DNA of 36,188 bases from Octopus sinensis (lineage: Eukaryota), in contig NW_021831704.1 in the NCBI RefSeq assembly GCF_006345805.1, positions 1-36,188 of the forward strand, written 5' to 3'. This document shows, in pieces, positions 1-11,431 of this stretch. Each line of letters opens with the position of its first letter. The stretch's first letter is position 1. The notes beneath the pieces are model-generated. The model saw only the letters and a program-made list of their open reading frames with translations, did no database searches and was not told where the DNA came from. A program made the translations under genes and the position numbers.

Positions 1-204
1 TTACACAATCGAACAACCTGCTAATCATAGCAGCTAGTTTCCATCAAATTATATGCTGCTGCCTTCAAATTGGAAGGTCAAATAGGATAGGGTAGGCCTA
101 CATATATAAAAACAAGATGAACTTCATAGAAAAGCCTTTACAAGTCCAAACATATTTGAACCAGTCTTCAGTCTCTATTCTTTCAGTCACTGCTTCGCAC
201 ATCG

Positions 205-345
205 ACTCACGTGTATTCGCTTCCCAATCACATGGTCCCGGATTTAGTCCAGCTGTGTGGCACCTTGGGCTAGGGTCTTGTACTATAGCCACGGGCCGGT
301 CAAGGCTTTCTGTGTGGATTTGCTAAACGGAATATGAAAGAAGTC
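205..345 (+). mobile_element. tRNA-type SINE family A, 5'-decayed copy
   Basis: Aligns with 17370-17530 (CATGGT.CCGG.TT.AGTCC..CACCTTGGGC..TACTATAGCC..GGATTTG). Confidence 0.75.
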
Positions 346-355
346 AGATGTGTAC

Positions 356-356
<1 letters not shown>

Positions 357-428
<72 letters not shown>

Positions 429-437
429 CCTATCTAC

Positions 438-516
<79 letters not shown>

Positions 517-570
517 ATAATATATATATATATTATCATATATATATATATATATTATATATATATATAT
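357..570. repeat. (TATC)n then (AT)n microsatellite
   Basis: Direct reading. Confidence 0.97.
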
Positions 571-819
571 ACTACAAAATTAGAGAATGGAGAAACATAC
601 TACGGTAATATATTACCTTTACCCATATAATACAATAGATGAACTGATTGTTTGACAATTTTTAACATCTATGTATTAATCTTGTTGGGTACCTATCTGG
701 CAGTATATTGGATATATATTATCCCATGGTGGGTTGAATTTTCAACCCCTATCTCATTTATATAACCTATATATTATTATATATATATATATATATATAA
801 TATATATATTAAGGGAAAG

Positions 820-1000
820 TTTACGAAAATAAAGAAAGACGAAGACAGGTAGTGTACAAAACAAACAGATGTATTATTATAGCGCTCAGGAATAGGACAG
901 GTCTGTTACGTTTCGAGCCTCCGCTCTTGTACAGAAAGGTACACAGAAAAAAACAAGGAGGAAAAAAAAAACGTGTGTAGTGGCTAACGATCTATCATGG
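820..1000 (-). mobile_element. Penelope-like terminal repeat fragment, copy 1
   Basis: Similar to 35830-36060 (AAAGACGAAG.CAGGT..GCGCTCAGGAA..ACGTTTCGA.CCT.CGCTCTT..ACAGAAAG). The minus strand has a ..AAGAGCG.AGG.TCGAAACGT motif like PLE hammerhead remnants. Confidence 0.5.
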
Positions 1001-1134
1001 CATCATATATATATATATATATAACTATAATATATAACTACATGTGTGTGTGTGTATATGTTTAAATATATATATGTGTGTATGTGTGTATGTATGTATA
1101 TATTTATGTGTGTGCGTATTTGTGTATTTTTCCC

Positions 1135-1312
1135 GCCCAACCATTTGACAAACGTCGCTGGTTTGTTTACGTCCCAGTAACTTAGAGGTTCAGCAAAAGA
1201 GATCGGTAGAATAGGATTAAAATGAAAGTACTGAGGTTGATTTGTTCAGCTGAACCCTTCAAGGCAATACTGCAGCAGGGCCGCAATCAAATGAGTGGAA
1301 CAAGTAAAAAAA
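1135..1312 (+). mobile_element. SINE family A 3' module
   Basis: GTTTACGTCCC.GTAACTTAG.GGTTC.GCAAAAGAGA.CG.TAGAATA..GGCCGCA.TCAAATGA, matching 26740-26890 and 27878-27997. Confidence 0.75.
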
Positions 1313-1319
1313 TAACACA

Positions 1320-1350
<31 letters not shown>

Positions 1351-1517
1351 TACAAACAAACAAACACAAGTACGTACGTGCTCACACACATATCAATATG
1401 CATGAATTTATGTACGTACTTGTGCATATATGCATGCATGTATCTATCTATCAATATACCTGTATGTATGTATGTATGTATGTATGTATGTTTGTATGTA
1501 TGTTTATATGTATGTAA

Positions 1518-1548
<31 letters not shown>

Positions 1549-1852
1549 TGTATGTATGGATGGATGGATGGATGGATGGATGGATGTATATATATATATA
1601 TATATATACATACATACATATATATATATATTGAGGTTATAAGAGGTAATTTTGTCATTGAGACCCAAAGGTGTCAGGTAATGCTGAATAAGTGCTATAA
1701 ACAGACCATAGTTAAGTTCCAGGTTCGGTAATTTTGCGAATAAAGGGTTCAACTTTGGTTCTATGTCAGCGTGTGTATATAAGAATTTTTTGCGTAATGA
1801 GATAAAAAAAAACCAAGGCTGAGTAAGATATTAGAACATTTATAGATTGACG

Positions 1853-1904
1853 GTCTTACAGCTGTTTCCAGGATATTTGTTAATAATATCTCTTCATCGG
1901 AGAC
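1853..1904 (-). ncRNA. Type I hammerhead-ribozyme-like motif (left arm)
   Basis: Inverted copy of 1993-2044 with one stem II mismatch. Confidence 0.6.
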
Positions 1905-1992
1905 AGTATGAGAGGAAAAATTAAGTCAGTTAGTTTAGATGTAATATTTTGTATCACATCTAAACTAACTGACTTAACTATCCTCTCACACC

Positions 1993-2044
1993 GTCTCCGA
2001 TGAAGGGATATTATTAATAAATATCCTGGAAACAGCTGTAAGAC
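1993..2044 (+). ncRNA. Type I hammerhead-ribozyme-like motif
   Basis: GUCU-CCGAUGA-[A G GGAUAUU/AAUAUCC U G]-GAAAC-AGCU-GUA^AGAC. Stem I GUCU/AGAC, stem II, short stem III with palindromic AGCU loop. Core has C at U4. Confidence 0.65.
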
Positions 2045-2773
2045 CTTCAATCTATAAATGTTCTAATATCTTACTCAGCCTTGGTTTTTTTTACCTCATT
2101 ACGCAAAAAATAATTCTTATATATATATCAAAAGGATCTGTTATAATACTATTCCATATACACAAAGACAGCTATACCAGCAATCCAACATACATTCATT
2201 CATCAGCTGCCCCACGGATATCATTATGGTTTCGACACCTGTGCAGTACCATTCAATCCGGCGGTGTCAACAACACTAAAATAAATGTTGTTTGGGAACA
2301 AAAAACAAAAAAACAAAACAAAGACACCACAACTTTGAAACACATTTACCCAATGTACAACCGTATCGGTAAATAAATTCAATAAGTAAATTACAACCAA
2401 CTCCTAAATACGTAACTAAACAGTGACCAATCCATTAAGTCATACAAGCATTATATTGCCTACCGTCTTCCATAGAACAACATAAAAGCGAAAGCTTATT
2501 AACCACATTTATTCAATCAATCAAATTATATGTGTGTATGTGTGTGTGTGTGTGTATATATATATACGTATGTATGTATATGTATATATGTATATATACC
2601 TCTTTCTCTCTCACTCTCTCACTTTCTCTCCCCCTCTCTTTATCTCGCTATCTCTCGCCCTCTCTGTATATATATATGCGCATGTATATGCACGTATATG
2701 TACTCTATATATAATGTACAGTCACATGGCTTCATATTGAAATTCAGTACAAACTTTCAGTATATAAAGCGAA

Positions 2774-2999
2774 TACTGGAATCCCTCACCATATCGCGGT
2801 TCGTCTATCGCGGTTTATTATTTAAGCTTCTGTCGATTTCTCCGTGGTGTTGTTTCGCATTCATAATAAAATAGATATTTACAAATTATAAAAATAATAT
2901 GAAAAATATACAGTACCGTACTGTTTCTACTTCGCGGATATTTACCTATCGCGCGTGGTTTTGGAATGTAATAGCCGCGATAGTCTAGGGATTACTGCA
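2774..2999. mobile_element. pogo/Tigger-like MITE
   Basis: Imperfect TIRs TA-CTGGAATCCCTCACCATATCGCGG and CCGCGATAGTCTAGGGATTACTG-CA; non-coding AT-rich interior. Confidence 0.55.
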
Positions 3000-3632
3000 T
3001 AAAGTAAAATGTAGTAAGGGAGATTACTCAAGTAAACCAATGACGTCAAAGGCATAAAATTGGACATCTATATTTAAAAGGTGGTGCAGTGAATGGCAAG
3101 GAATTGAAATTTACTTGTTTATATGAGAAATCTGAGTAAAACCCATTTGCTAATTGTCATTGGAAAGTAAAGGGATGATAATTTCTAAAGAAAGAAATTT
3201 AGTTTTGAAAACTTCTTCAGACATTTAGAGAAATATTTGAGATTTATTTTCTGTAAGGTAACAGTTGTGGATGTTTCGATGTTATTGGAGCTGATCGGCA
3301 GAGAGTGATCATCGCCCCAAAACTGACTTTGATCAATTGATAATTTGTGTTTTTACATATAAAACTAGTAACAAAGATGTTTGTTGCCGTCATACTGTAA
3401 ATACACACAAGAGTTTATAAATTGGATTGTGACCAGCACAGCGTGAAATTAATAACGATTTAAGGCGAATCATCACAAAATATATTGACACAAGAGAAAG
3501 AAATGTTTTGTTTTGAAACGTTTAACGAGCAAAGCCCGGCTGTTTATCTGTTTGGGGCGAATGTTTTTACAACGACGTTCCGTGTCTTTCTTCGTATTGT
3601 ACATTGTTGTTGCCAATTCAGGTATATATGGT

Positions 3633-3674
<42 letters not shown>

Positions 3675-3934
3675 ATGTGTGGTGTGTGTGTGTGTGTGTG
3701 TGTGTGTATGCGTGGAGAAAGAGAAAGAGTGAGAGAGAAAGAGGGAAAAGAGAGATCAGTATAAACGTCCTCGTATTTTCCTATTTATTTGTTCCAGTAA
3801 TTTTTCAATAGTTTTTGTTCAGTTCCTTTAATGTTTTTTCGCTTCTGGTTCAATTCAGCCGTTACAACTTAGATCCGCCATACCGTTTCCGCTTCCCTTC
3901 AATAAGAAAAAAAGAAGCAAAAAACACGAATCGA

Positions 3935-4004
<70 letters not shown>

Positions 4005-4283
4005 ATGTATGTATATCCGTCAACATCACGATGAAATAATGAAGTGTTTAGAAATAAAGGATGAACCGAAATATTAGTATTTATTGGCTACAAGTACATC
4101 ATTGTTATTTAATCATGTCTTTACACACAGACGCACGCGCACACACGCACCCAAACACACGCACACACTCACACACCATAATTCAAACGCACTCACGCAC
4201 ATAGTTTTTTATATATAAATATATTCATGCTTCTATTATATATATCAATAAATACAAACACACACAACACACATACATATATA

Positions 4284-4324
<41 letters not shown>

Positions 4325-4476
4325 CATATAAAAATACATAAGTGTATATATTTGTTTATAGATATAAGTATGATTATTATGTGTGTGTATGTGTGTATGT
4401 ATGTATATACATATATGTATATTTCGTTTTGGGATTTGGTTTGCAAGATTCTTTATATGAGTTCGTGTGTTGAAGC

Positions 4477-4805
4477 ATATTCTGTTGTGTCTGGGGAGAG
4501 TCATTCTCTTTTGGTGCCTGATTACTTAACACACTCACCGGTAAAATTTCCACTCGTTTACTAATTTATTTTTCTAAAATTTTCGTTGCGTCTTGAAACC
4601 TTTTTAATATTTGTTGACTCTGTCCGTTATTCAAGAGGGAACGCAGCTTGAATAACGAACGGAGTCAACAAATATTAAAAAGGTTTCAAGACGCAAAGAA
4701 AATTTTAGAAAAATAAATTAGTTAACGAGTGGAAATTTTACCGGTGCGTGTGTTAAGTAATAAGGCACCAAATGAGAATGACTCTCCCAGGACACAACAG
4801 AATAT
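4477..4805. repeat. Fold-back element/MITE of unknown class: ~159 bp arms, 11 nt loop
   Basis: 4477-4635 is the near-perfect reverse complement of 4647-4805; loop AGGGAACGCAG. Confidence 0.93.
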
Positions 4806-4837
4806 ACATATACATACATACATACATGCATATATAT

Positions 4838-4890
<53 letters not shown>

Positions 4891-5404
4891 ATATATGTAT
4901 GTGTGTGTATATATATTATATATATATGCTTTTGTGCTTGTGTGTGTATAGGTGTGTATGTATTTGTGTGACTATATGCATGCTGTCTCTTGTATTCTAT
5001 ATATTTTATTTCATATTTTTCATTTAAAATACGAGAGGCAGTATGCATAGAATCACACACGCAGACAAACACAAACACTTACTCACACACACACCTATAC
5101 ACATACGCGCGCATATATATACCCATGTACATATATACACACATGTACACGCATGCATACATGCACATATATAAACATAGACAAAAATACGTTTTGGGAA
5201 TCAGACTGTTTGAAAAAAATATACATTATTCACGTGACCCTCAAATTCTAATTTTTCTCGAACGATCCCGAGAGAATTATAATTATCACTGTAAGTCAGA
5301 CCGTCTATAATAGCATTGCACGAGATTGTGGATCGTTAAGGCACTTGGTAACTTCTGTTGATGGAAAACAATATGTGTGTGTGTGCGTGTGTAGATAGAT
5401 AAGC

Positions 5405-5444
5405 AGACAGACAGACAGACAGACAGGCAGACAGACAGACAGAC

Positions 5445-5513
<69 letters not shown>
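5405..5513. repeat. (GACA)n(GATA)n abutting the LINE 3' end
   Basis: Direct reading. Confidence 0.97.
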
Positions 5514-5515
<2 letters not shown>

Positions 5516-5823
5516 TTTCTTTTATTAGCCACACAGGGCTGAATACAGACTGGACAAATACAAATGTAGAGCTTTTCTTTTCGAGGGTGGAAAAGAAAAA
5601 GGAAAATAAATGTAAGATTTTGATCAAAAGGGATCGAGAGAAAAAAAGAAGAAAAAAAAAGGAATCGTGTATCACAGAAACACTTTAAAAAAAAAAAAAC
5701 ATTGATAAAACAAGACTGGGTTCATCCGTGGGAAGAAAAGCCTACAGAAAAGACCACGGGAACCTCAGTCAGGGAGGAAATAACCACATGAGAGCAAAAT
5801 GCTCTCTCTCTCTTTTTTACGAT

Positions 5824-8800
5824 TTACAGGGTCATGCTCAAAATTGTTTCGTCACTCGCACGCACCATATTTGCAGCATTCACCCATCTTTTTTTGAATC
5901 TTTCGCGAGACAAAACTTCCTTCTCCATTCTCACCTTCCTTTTCAAATGGTACTTGAAAAAGTTGATGAGCGATTGGCCAGAGAAGTAAGTGTTTGTCTC
6001 TAATCCTTTCGCTCGGGTCCACCACACACATTCTTTCACCATTGCCACCAGTACGATAAAAACTGCCTTGCCTTCCCGGTTGAGAGAAGGGAGCGGAGCA
6101 ATTTCCAAGACAGACTCGGCCGATAGGCGGACTCATCCCACAATTGACTGCAGCCGTTCGGCATAAGACCACAGGTCTGAAATGGTTGGACATTGCTCGA
6201 GTGCGTGCAGAACAGTTTCGTCGCTCTGACCGCATCTCAGGCAAGTCGGTCCAGTGTGTCTGGAACCGTGTCTGTAGAGCTTATCCCGAATAGGTAATGC
6301 TTATCGATAGCACTGCCAAGCCAGAGATCTTTGGTGATTGTCCATAGGTCCCGGCCCGAAAGTTGTCCTAAACAGGCGGGTCAGGTGTTCCTCGTCGACG
6401 CCCAGACTCTGCCCGAGATCGTCGTCGCACCTCCCCTCCACTAATCCTCTATAGAATGCCTTTGTTGTGATGGAGTCGCACAAGTTTGATCCGGGACGGC
6501 AGCGTTGCTTGAGAGCAACGCGACACTCGCGGTGCCATTCGCCTAACCTCGGTCTCTGCTTGATCCATGACTGTAGTTCGGCCAAGGAGACGAGCTGCGG
6601 GAAAGCGCGCCGCACAAAAGGCGACCTCACCTGATCCCCGTCGTCTATGAAGCGCCGGAGATGTCGCAGTCTCAGCGCATGTCTGCACATCATCAACCAC
6701 AGCATGCCCAGCCCTCCATTTAGCGGCTGTTGACAGCATTTGGATCGCCTAACCATCGGAACGTTTCCCTTCCACAGGAAGCGGAAGAGTATACGTTCCA
6801 GTTTGGTGATGGTAGGGTCGGGACAAGGCAGACGATACTCGATGACGGATGCGATGTACGCGTTCGCCACCTCCGCCCGACCTTTTAGGGATAGCTTTCT
6901 CTCTGGGTGAGAGTAGCCACCCTAATCGTTATTTCGCCCCAGTTCTTCTCCATTTGGAGATCCGGACCGAACCAGACCCCGAGCAATTTAACCGGTCCGT
7001 CGGTCCAGCGTCCCACGATGGAGACGCTGTTGGACGGCTAGGGCTTGCTTCTCCAGGTGCCGAGCCGCAAGTCCACTGACTTTTCCCGGTTAATTTTTGC
7101 TCCCGTTACCGCTTCGTATTCTTTTAGTGTCTCGCCGACCAGCTCGATCTGCTGGTAGCTCGACACTATGACGGTGACGTCGTCCGCGTATGCAGACACG
7201 CTCTCGTGGGATGCCCCTCAGCGTCGCCAGTTTCCGTAGTAGTGGCTCAAGAGTCAATACATACAGAAGCGATGAGAGGGGGCATCCCTGACGAACCGAA
7301 CGCATGATGTTAAAAGGTCTGGATAGATGACCAATTACGCGAACTACCGAGCGCATGCCACTGTATAAGACAGCGATCCAACCGCGGAAAACTGGACCGA
7401 AACCAGCCGCTTTAAGGACAGCCTCCAAGTAGTGATGGTCTGCCCTATCGAAAGCTTTTGATTGATCCAGATTGATCAGCGCCCCACCCATGCCACGATT
7501 CTTGACTACCCTGTCTATGATGTAGCGCATCAGATGGAGGTTGTCATGAATACTTCTACCCGGCACGGCGCATGTTTGCGCCTTGTCGACTAGTTTCTTG
7601 AAGACAAACGCCAACCTCTCGGCTAACACATTGGCCAAAATTTTCAAATCTTCGCTGTGCAGAGTGATGGGCCTGAAATTATCTATGACTTCCCCCTTGT
7701 TTGGGTCTTTCTTAATCAGTGCCACTGCTCCTCGCTTTACAAAAGCAGGGATACTCCCGTTTTGCTGTCAGTTGCAGTTGACAGCTGCCAAGACGCCTCC
7801 AAACAAGTCTGGCATATGACAATAAAGTTCGTAGGGCAGACCATCCAAACCTGGTGACTTGTCTCTCGCGCAGCCTGCCATCGTTTCCTGTACGTCCGCA
7901 GCTGTGATAGGCCTTTCACAAGACTCCGCCTCTCTTGCTGAGAGTCGTGGAAAGGCATACAGGTAGTCACTAAAGTCCACTCTGCGTTCTGACCTACCAC
8001 TTGTCCCAAACAGTTGGGTGAAGTGTTGTTGAAAAGCCTCACACATCCTTTTAGGCTCGAGCAATTCGCGCCCCTGTTCATCTGTAAGAGACATGATGGT
8101 GGCTCTGTTGCCTCGTTGCGTTTCCACTACTCAGGCTTCTTGGGCGGCTCCAACTCCTTCGTTCCTCAGAGCACGCATCCTAGCTCTGACAACGCAACCT
8201 TCGTGCTTGGCGTTGAGGTGTTGGTCGAGGGCCATCCTCGTTGCCAGTACGTTGGACGCGATGCCATTTCTAAGTGCCTCTTCTAAACTCTTAACTAAGT
8301 CTCCCTCTATACTATTTCGGTCTAAAGCTAGGGCTTTACTGTACTTGACTGATTCTGCTTTAATTGCTTTTTTTAGGGCATACCACCATCTGTTGTTGAT
8401 GATGGTACCCGCCAAAGCTCTCTTAACTAATGTGTTGATCCGGTCCCTGTAAACCTGTCGTGCTGTAAAAGACGCGTTCAGCTTCCAGAAACCAGGATCC
8501 TGCCTATGTGTCTTATCTAAGTCAAGTGTACAAGTCACAAACTTGTGATCTGTGTAACTGACTATATGAAATTGTGGACAACCTACACTATTTTTATCTA
8601 TTGTCCTACAGAATACTCTATCTAAGTACGATCTGGACGACCCGATGCGGTTACTCCATGTCCACATTGGCACATTCGGGTGGTCCAGTCGGTACCTGTC
8701 AGACAGTTGGAAACGTCTGAGCAGGTCTTTGAGGCATTTGCATCCCCTCCTATTGCTATCTCTGCCCACGTAGTGTAGATGCGTGTCCAGGGTGGCATTC

Positions 8801-9225
8801 CAATCCCCCACTAAAAGTAAAGGACGAGACGTTCCCATGAAAGACTCTAGACGTCGAAAGAAATTTGGTCGGACTATTAAGGACGGTGCATAAATTGTTA
8901 TCAGTCGAAAAGCACACTCATTGCTGCCATCGACATCCAAAACGACCAGCCTACTCTCCGGGTCTAGGAAAATTGCTCTTACTTTGAGGTCCAGACTCTT
9001 CCGGAGAAGCACCGCAGTGCCACCTCCGCCCATTCTCGGTAGACACGAAGAAAAATATATGTTGAAATGTGTGCCGAACATGTGCTGGAGTGCCCGCGGG
9101 CTGCGGAGTCTGGTCTCACTGATGGCCATGATATGCAGATTTAGTGACTTGATGTCGTTTAACAGGTAGCCTTGTTTCCAAGGCGACCCCAAGCCACGTA
9201 CATTTATACTGCCTATTTTGAGCAT
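5824..9225 (-). pseudogene. ORF2 of the Tx1-like element: AP endonuclease + reverse transcriptase + C-terminal CCHC
   Basis: APE motifs INVRG, SETR, GDWN, YLDR, TDH. RT motifs KSPGLDG, NFRPITL, DQSKAFD, SVRQGCPLS and YADD (7179-7190). RKLSLKGR motif near 6900. CLRC-X8-H-X4-C near 6195-6250. Lesions: in-frame stops at 8131, 7768, ~7040, 6301 and ~6135; frameshifts at ~7200 and ~6900. Confidence 0.93.
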
Positions 9226-9232
9226 GTTCCTC

Positions 9233-9979
9233 TCAAAAATTGTGTTTTACACACGAAAAGAAGATGGAAAAAAAAAGAAAGAGAGAGAGAAAAGGTTGTT
9301 TATTGTCCGAAAGTCCTTTGTTTTTCACCTCACAGTCTTCTCCCATGAGGTTTTTATACAGTTTCTTTGATAGGTATTTTTGAAATCTCCCTACTGCATC
9401 AGGGTAGAGAGATTTCAGGGTGCTGTGCGTGTTCTGTGTTACGTGTATTATTTTAATGTGTTGTGGTGTTGTTGTGCGTGGGTGGTTATTTGTTTTTGTG
9501 TCGTTTTCAGTTATGTTGGTGTTTGACCTAATGTATTCCATTAGGTCGTGGTTGTTTGTGTTCATGGCTGTCAACATTGTTGGGGGTGTTTGGTGATAGT
9601 GTGTTTGTGTTGATGTGTTCGTTTTCTGTGGATGTTTTTGTTTCGGGAGTGGTGAATCTTCCTGCTTAGTTTGTTAGCTTTTCTATTCTTCTTACCCCCT
9701 TTTTCTCCTCCCCCCTGTAGCTATTTGCCAATCCTCTGTGTCTTCTTCATCTAATGACAAGTCAGAGGAATCAGAGAGTGGGAGGGGAAAAGTATTGGGG
9801 TCTATTTTTGACTGTGTTGACTTTGTTGTTGGTGTTGGTTGGTGAGCGTTAGGGTGTGGAGTATAGGTTTTTTGGAGGTGGTGTGTAGGTATTTTGTAGG
9901 TATTAAGCAAAACTCGAGGCTGAAAAAACACACCCAGACGAAAAAACACACCCAGACGAAAGTCGGGTGTCTTACACAC
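9233..9979 (-). pseudogene. Putative ORF1 remnant of the Tx1-like element (frameshift near 9690)
   Basis: Two ORF pieces directly upstream of ORF2; the stop lies 7 nt before the ORF2 ATG. Acidic/basic low-complexity segment SDSSDLSLDEEDTEDWQIATGGRRK. No recognisable domain. Confidence 0.5.
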
Positions 9980-10075
9980 TCCGTGTGCAAAAATTGAAAC
10001 GAAACTTTTTCAAAAACACAATAAAAATTCTTTTGATTTACGAGCCGGTCTGTCAATGAATACTATCGATCGAGA

Positions 10076-10078
10076 TAT

Positions 10079-10116
<38 letters not shown>

Positions 10117-10128
10117 TATATATATTAT

Positions 10129-10173
<45 letters not shown>

Positions 10174-10199
10174 GATAGATAGATGATAGATAGATAGAT
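10076..10199. repeat. (AT)n(GATA)n abutting the LINE 5' end
   Basis: Direct reading. Confidence 0.97.
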
Positions 10200-10568
10200 T
10201 GACTGATACTCAGGTTGGTGAGAAATTGAAAAAATAAAAGAAACTTCGCAGTCACTGTCAAATATTTCCTTGTAAACTTATACAAACAAGGACTTTATTA
10301 GGAAGTATAAAGTATTCCTTCAGTTTAATGTGAAATTGTATTTATTTAATCACACTAATAAATAGTACACACACATAAATACATACATACATCTATACAC
10401 ACGTATATTTATATACATAAATATATATATATCATATATATGTGTGTGTGTGTATGTGTGTGTGAGTGTGTTTGTATGTGTGTGTGGGTGAGTATGTTAT
10501 ATATACATCATATCTATACACATACAAACACACGTGCACACACACACATATATACAGAGGGACGAGAG

Positions 10569-10630
<62 letters not shown>

Positions 10631-10911
10631 CGAGAGAATATATCTAAGCAGTCTTCGTCAACTGACATAATGTAATAGGTATGTATTATGAGTTTTCAGT
10701 TTGGTTTACAACTAAAACTCCGTTTTGAACTGCAATTCAAAAGTATAGTGCTCAAAAAAAAAAATGTCAATCAAAATCGCTTAGAAGTAGTTTTTTCCTT
10801 AAGAGGGTGGATATAGGGAAAAATAGAAAAAAACGACACATTTGGCATCTCTCGAAAGGCGTTTAATTTAAATAGAGGATAAAAACATAATGCAGAGTAG
10901 TTTTGGTAAAA

Positions 10912-11254
10912 GATAGAATCTCTTACAGCTGTTTCTAGAATAGCTAAGCTTATGGATCACGAAACTGAGTAAGGATTCCATAATCTAGGTACTCCGTCAC
11001 CAGAGAGAGCGAGAGAGGACTCAGAAACTATCGGGAAGAAGAATGTCTACAAAGGAGGATATTAGAACTTTTTAGTTTGTCGAAAAATGACGGATCAGAA
11101 AGAAAAGTATATGCGCATGTGCGAAAAGAATATTCTTTCTATATCTTCTGATTTTTCTCTTTCCAATGACGGAGAACCTCGTTTATGGAACCTTTACTCT
11201 GTATCGTGGTTCGCATGTTTGGTTATTCTAGGAGCAGCTCTAAAATACTCGATC
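10912..11254. repeat. Older, diverged fold-back element with hammerhead-like arms
   Basis: Reverse complement of 10919-11008 aligns to ~11155-11245 (TGACGGAG.ACCT..TTATGGAA.C.TTACTC.GT.TCGTG..TATTCTAG.A.CAGCT.TAA). Confidence 0.8.
10919..11008 (-). ncRNA. Type I hammerhead-ribozyme-like motif with long stem II
   Basis: UCUCU-CUGGUGA-[GGAGUA/UAUUCU..UUAUGGA/UCCAUAA]-GAAAC-AGCU-GUA^AGAGA. Core has G at A6. Confidence 0.6.
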
Positions 11255-11337
11255 ACTTTATATTCTCTAGATTCAATGTTTTTGAATGATACCTGTTTGG
11301 CTTTTTCATTTATTTTAATGAATGAATGAATCAATCA

Positions 11338-11339
11338 AT

Positions 11340-11431
<92 letters not shown>

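Larger units (their letters stand above)
1776..2123. repeat. Fold-back element: ~167 bp inverted arms, 13 nt loop, hammerhead-like motif in each arm
   Basis: Arms 1776-1942 and 1956-2123 are reverse complements with about ten differences by eye. Confidence 0.95.
5514..10075 (-). mobile_element. Tx1-like (L1 clade) non-LTR retrotransposon, near full length, disrupted
   Basis: ORF1-like region 9979-9233, then ORF2 9225-5824 (APE, RT, CCHC), then a 3' UTR with AATAAA (plus-strand tttatt 5521-5526) running into (TATC)n. The 5' boundary near 10075 is approximate. Confidence 0.9.

Noticed and set aside
2185-2250. Minus-strand GAAAC followed by CUGAUGA, a possible type II hammerhead
   Set aside because: I could not form stem II or a stem III with a valid NUH cleavage site.
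3312-3561. 10 bp inverted pair TCGCCCCAAA / TTTGGGGCGA
   Set aside because: Too short, no TSD, no extension; insufficient to call a MITE.
334-5675. SIYL-, YI-, CV-, HT- and MYVC-type ORFs here and throughout the window
   Set aside because: Translations of (TATC)n, (AT)n, (GT)n and (GTAT)n microsatellites.
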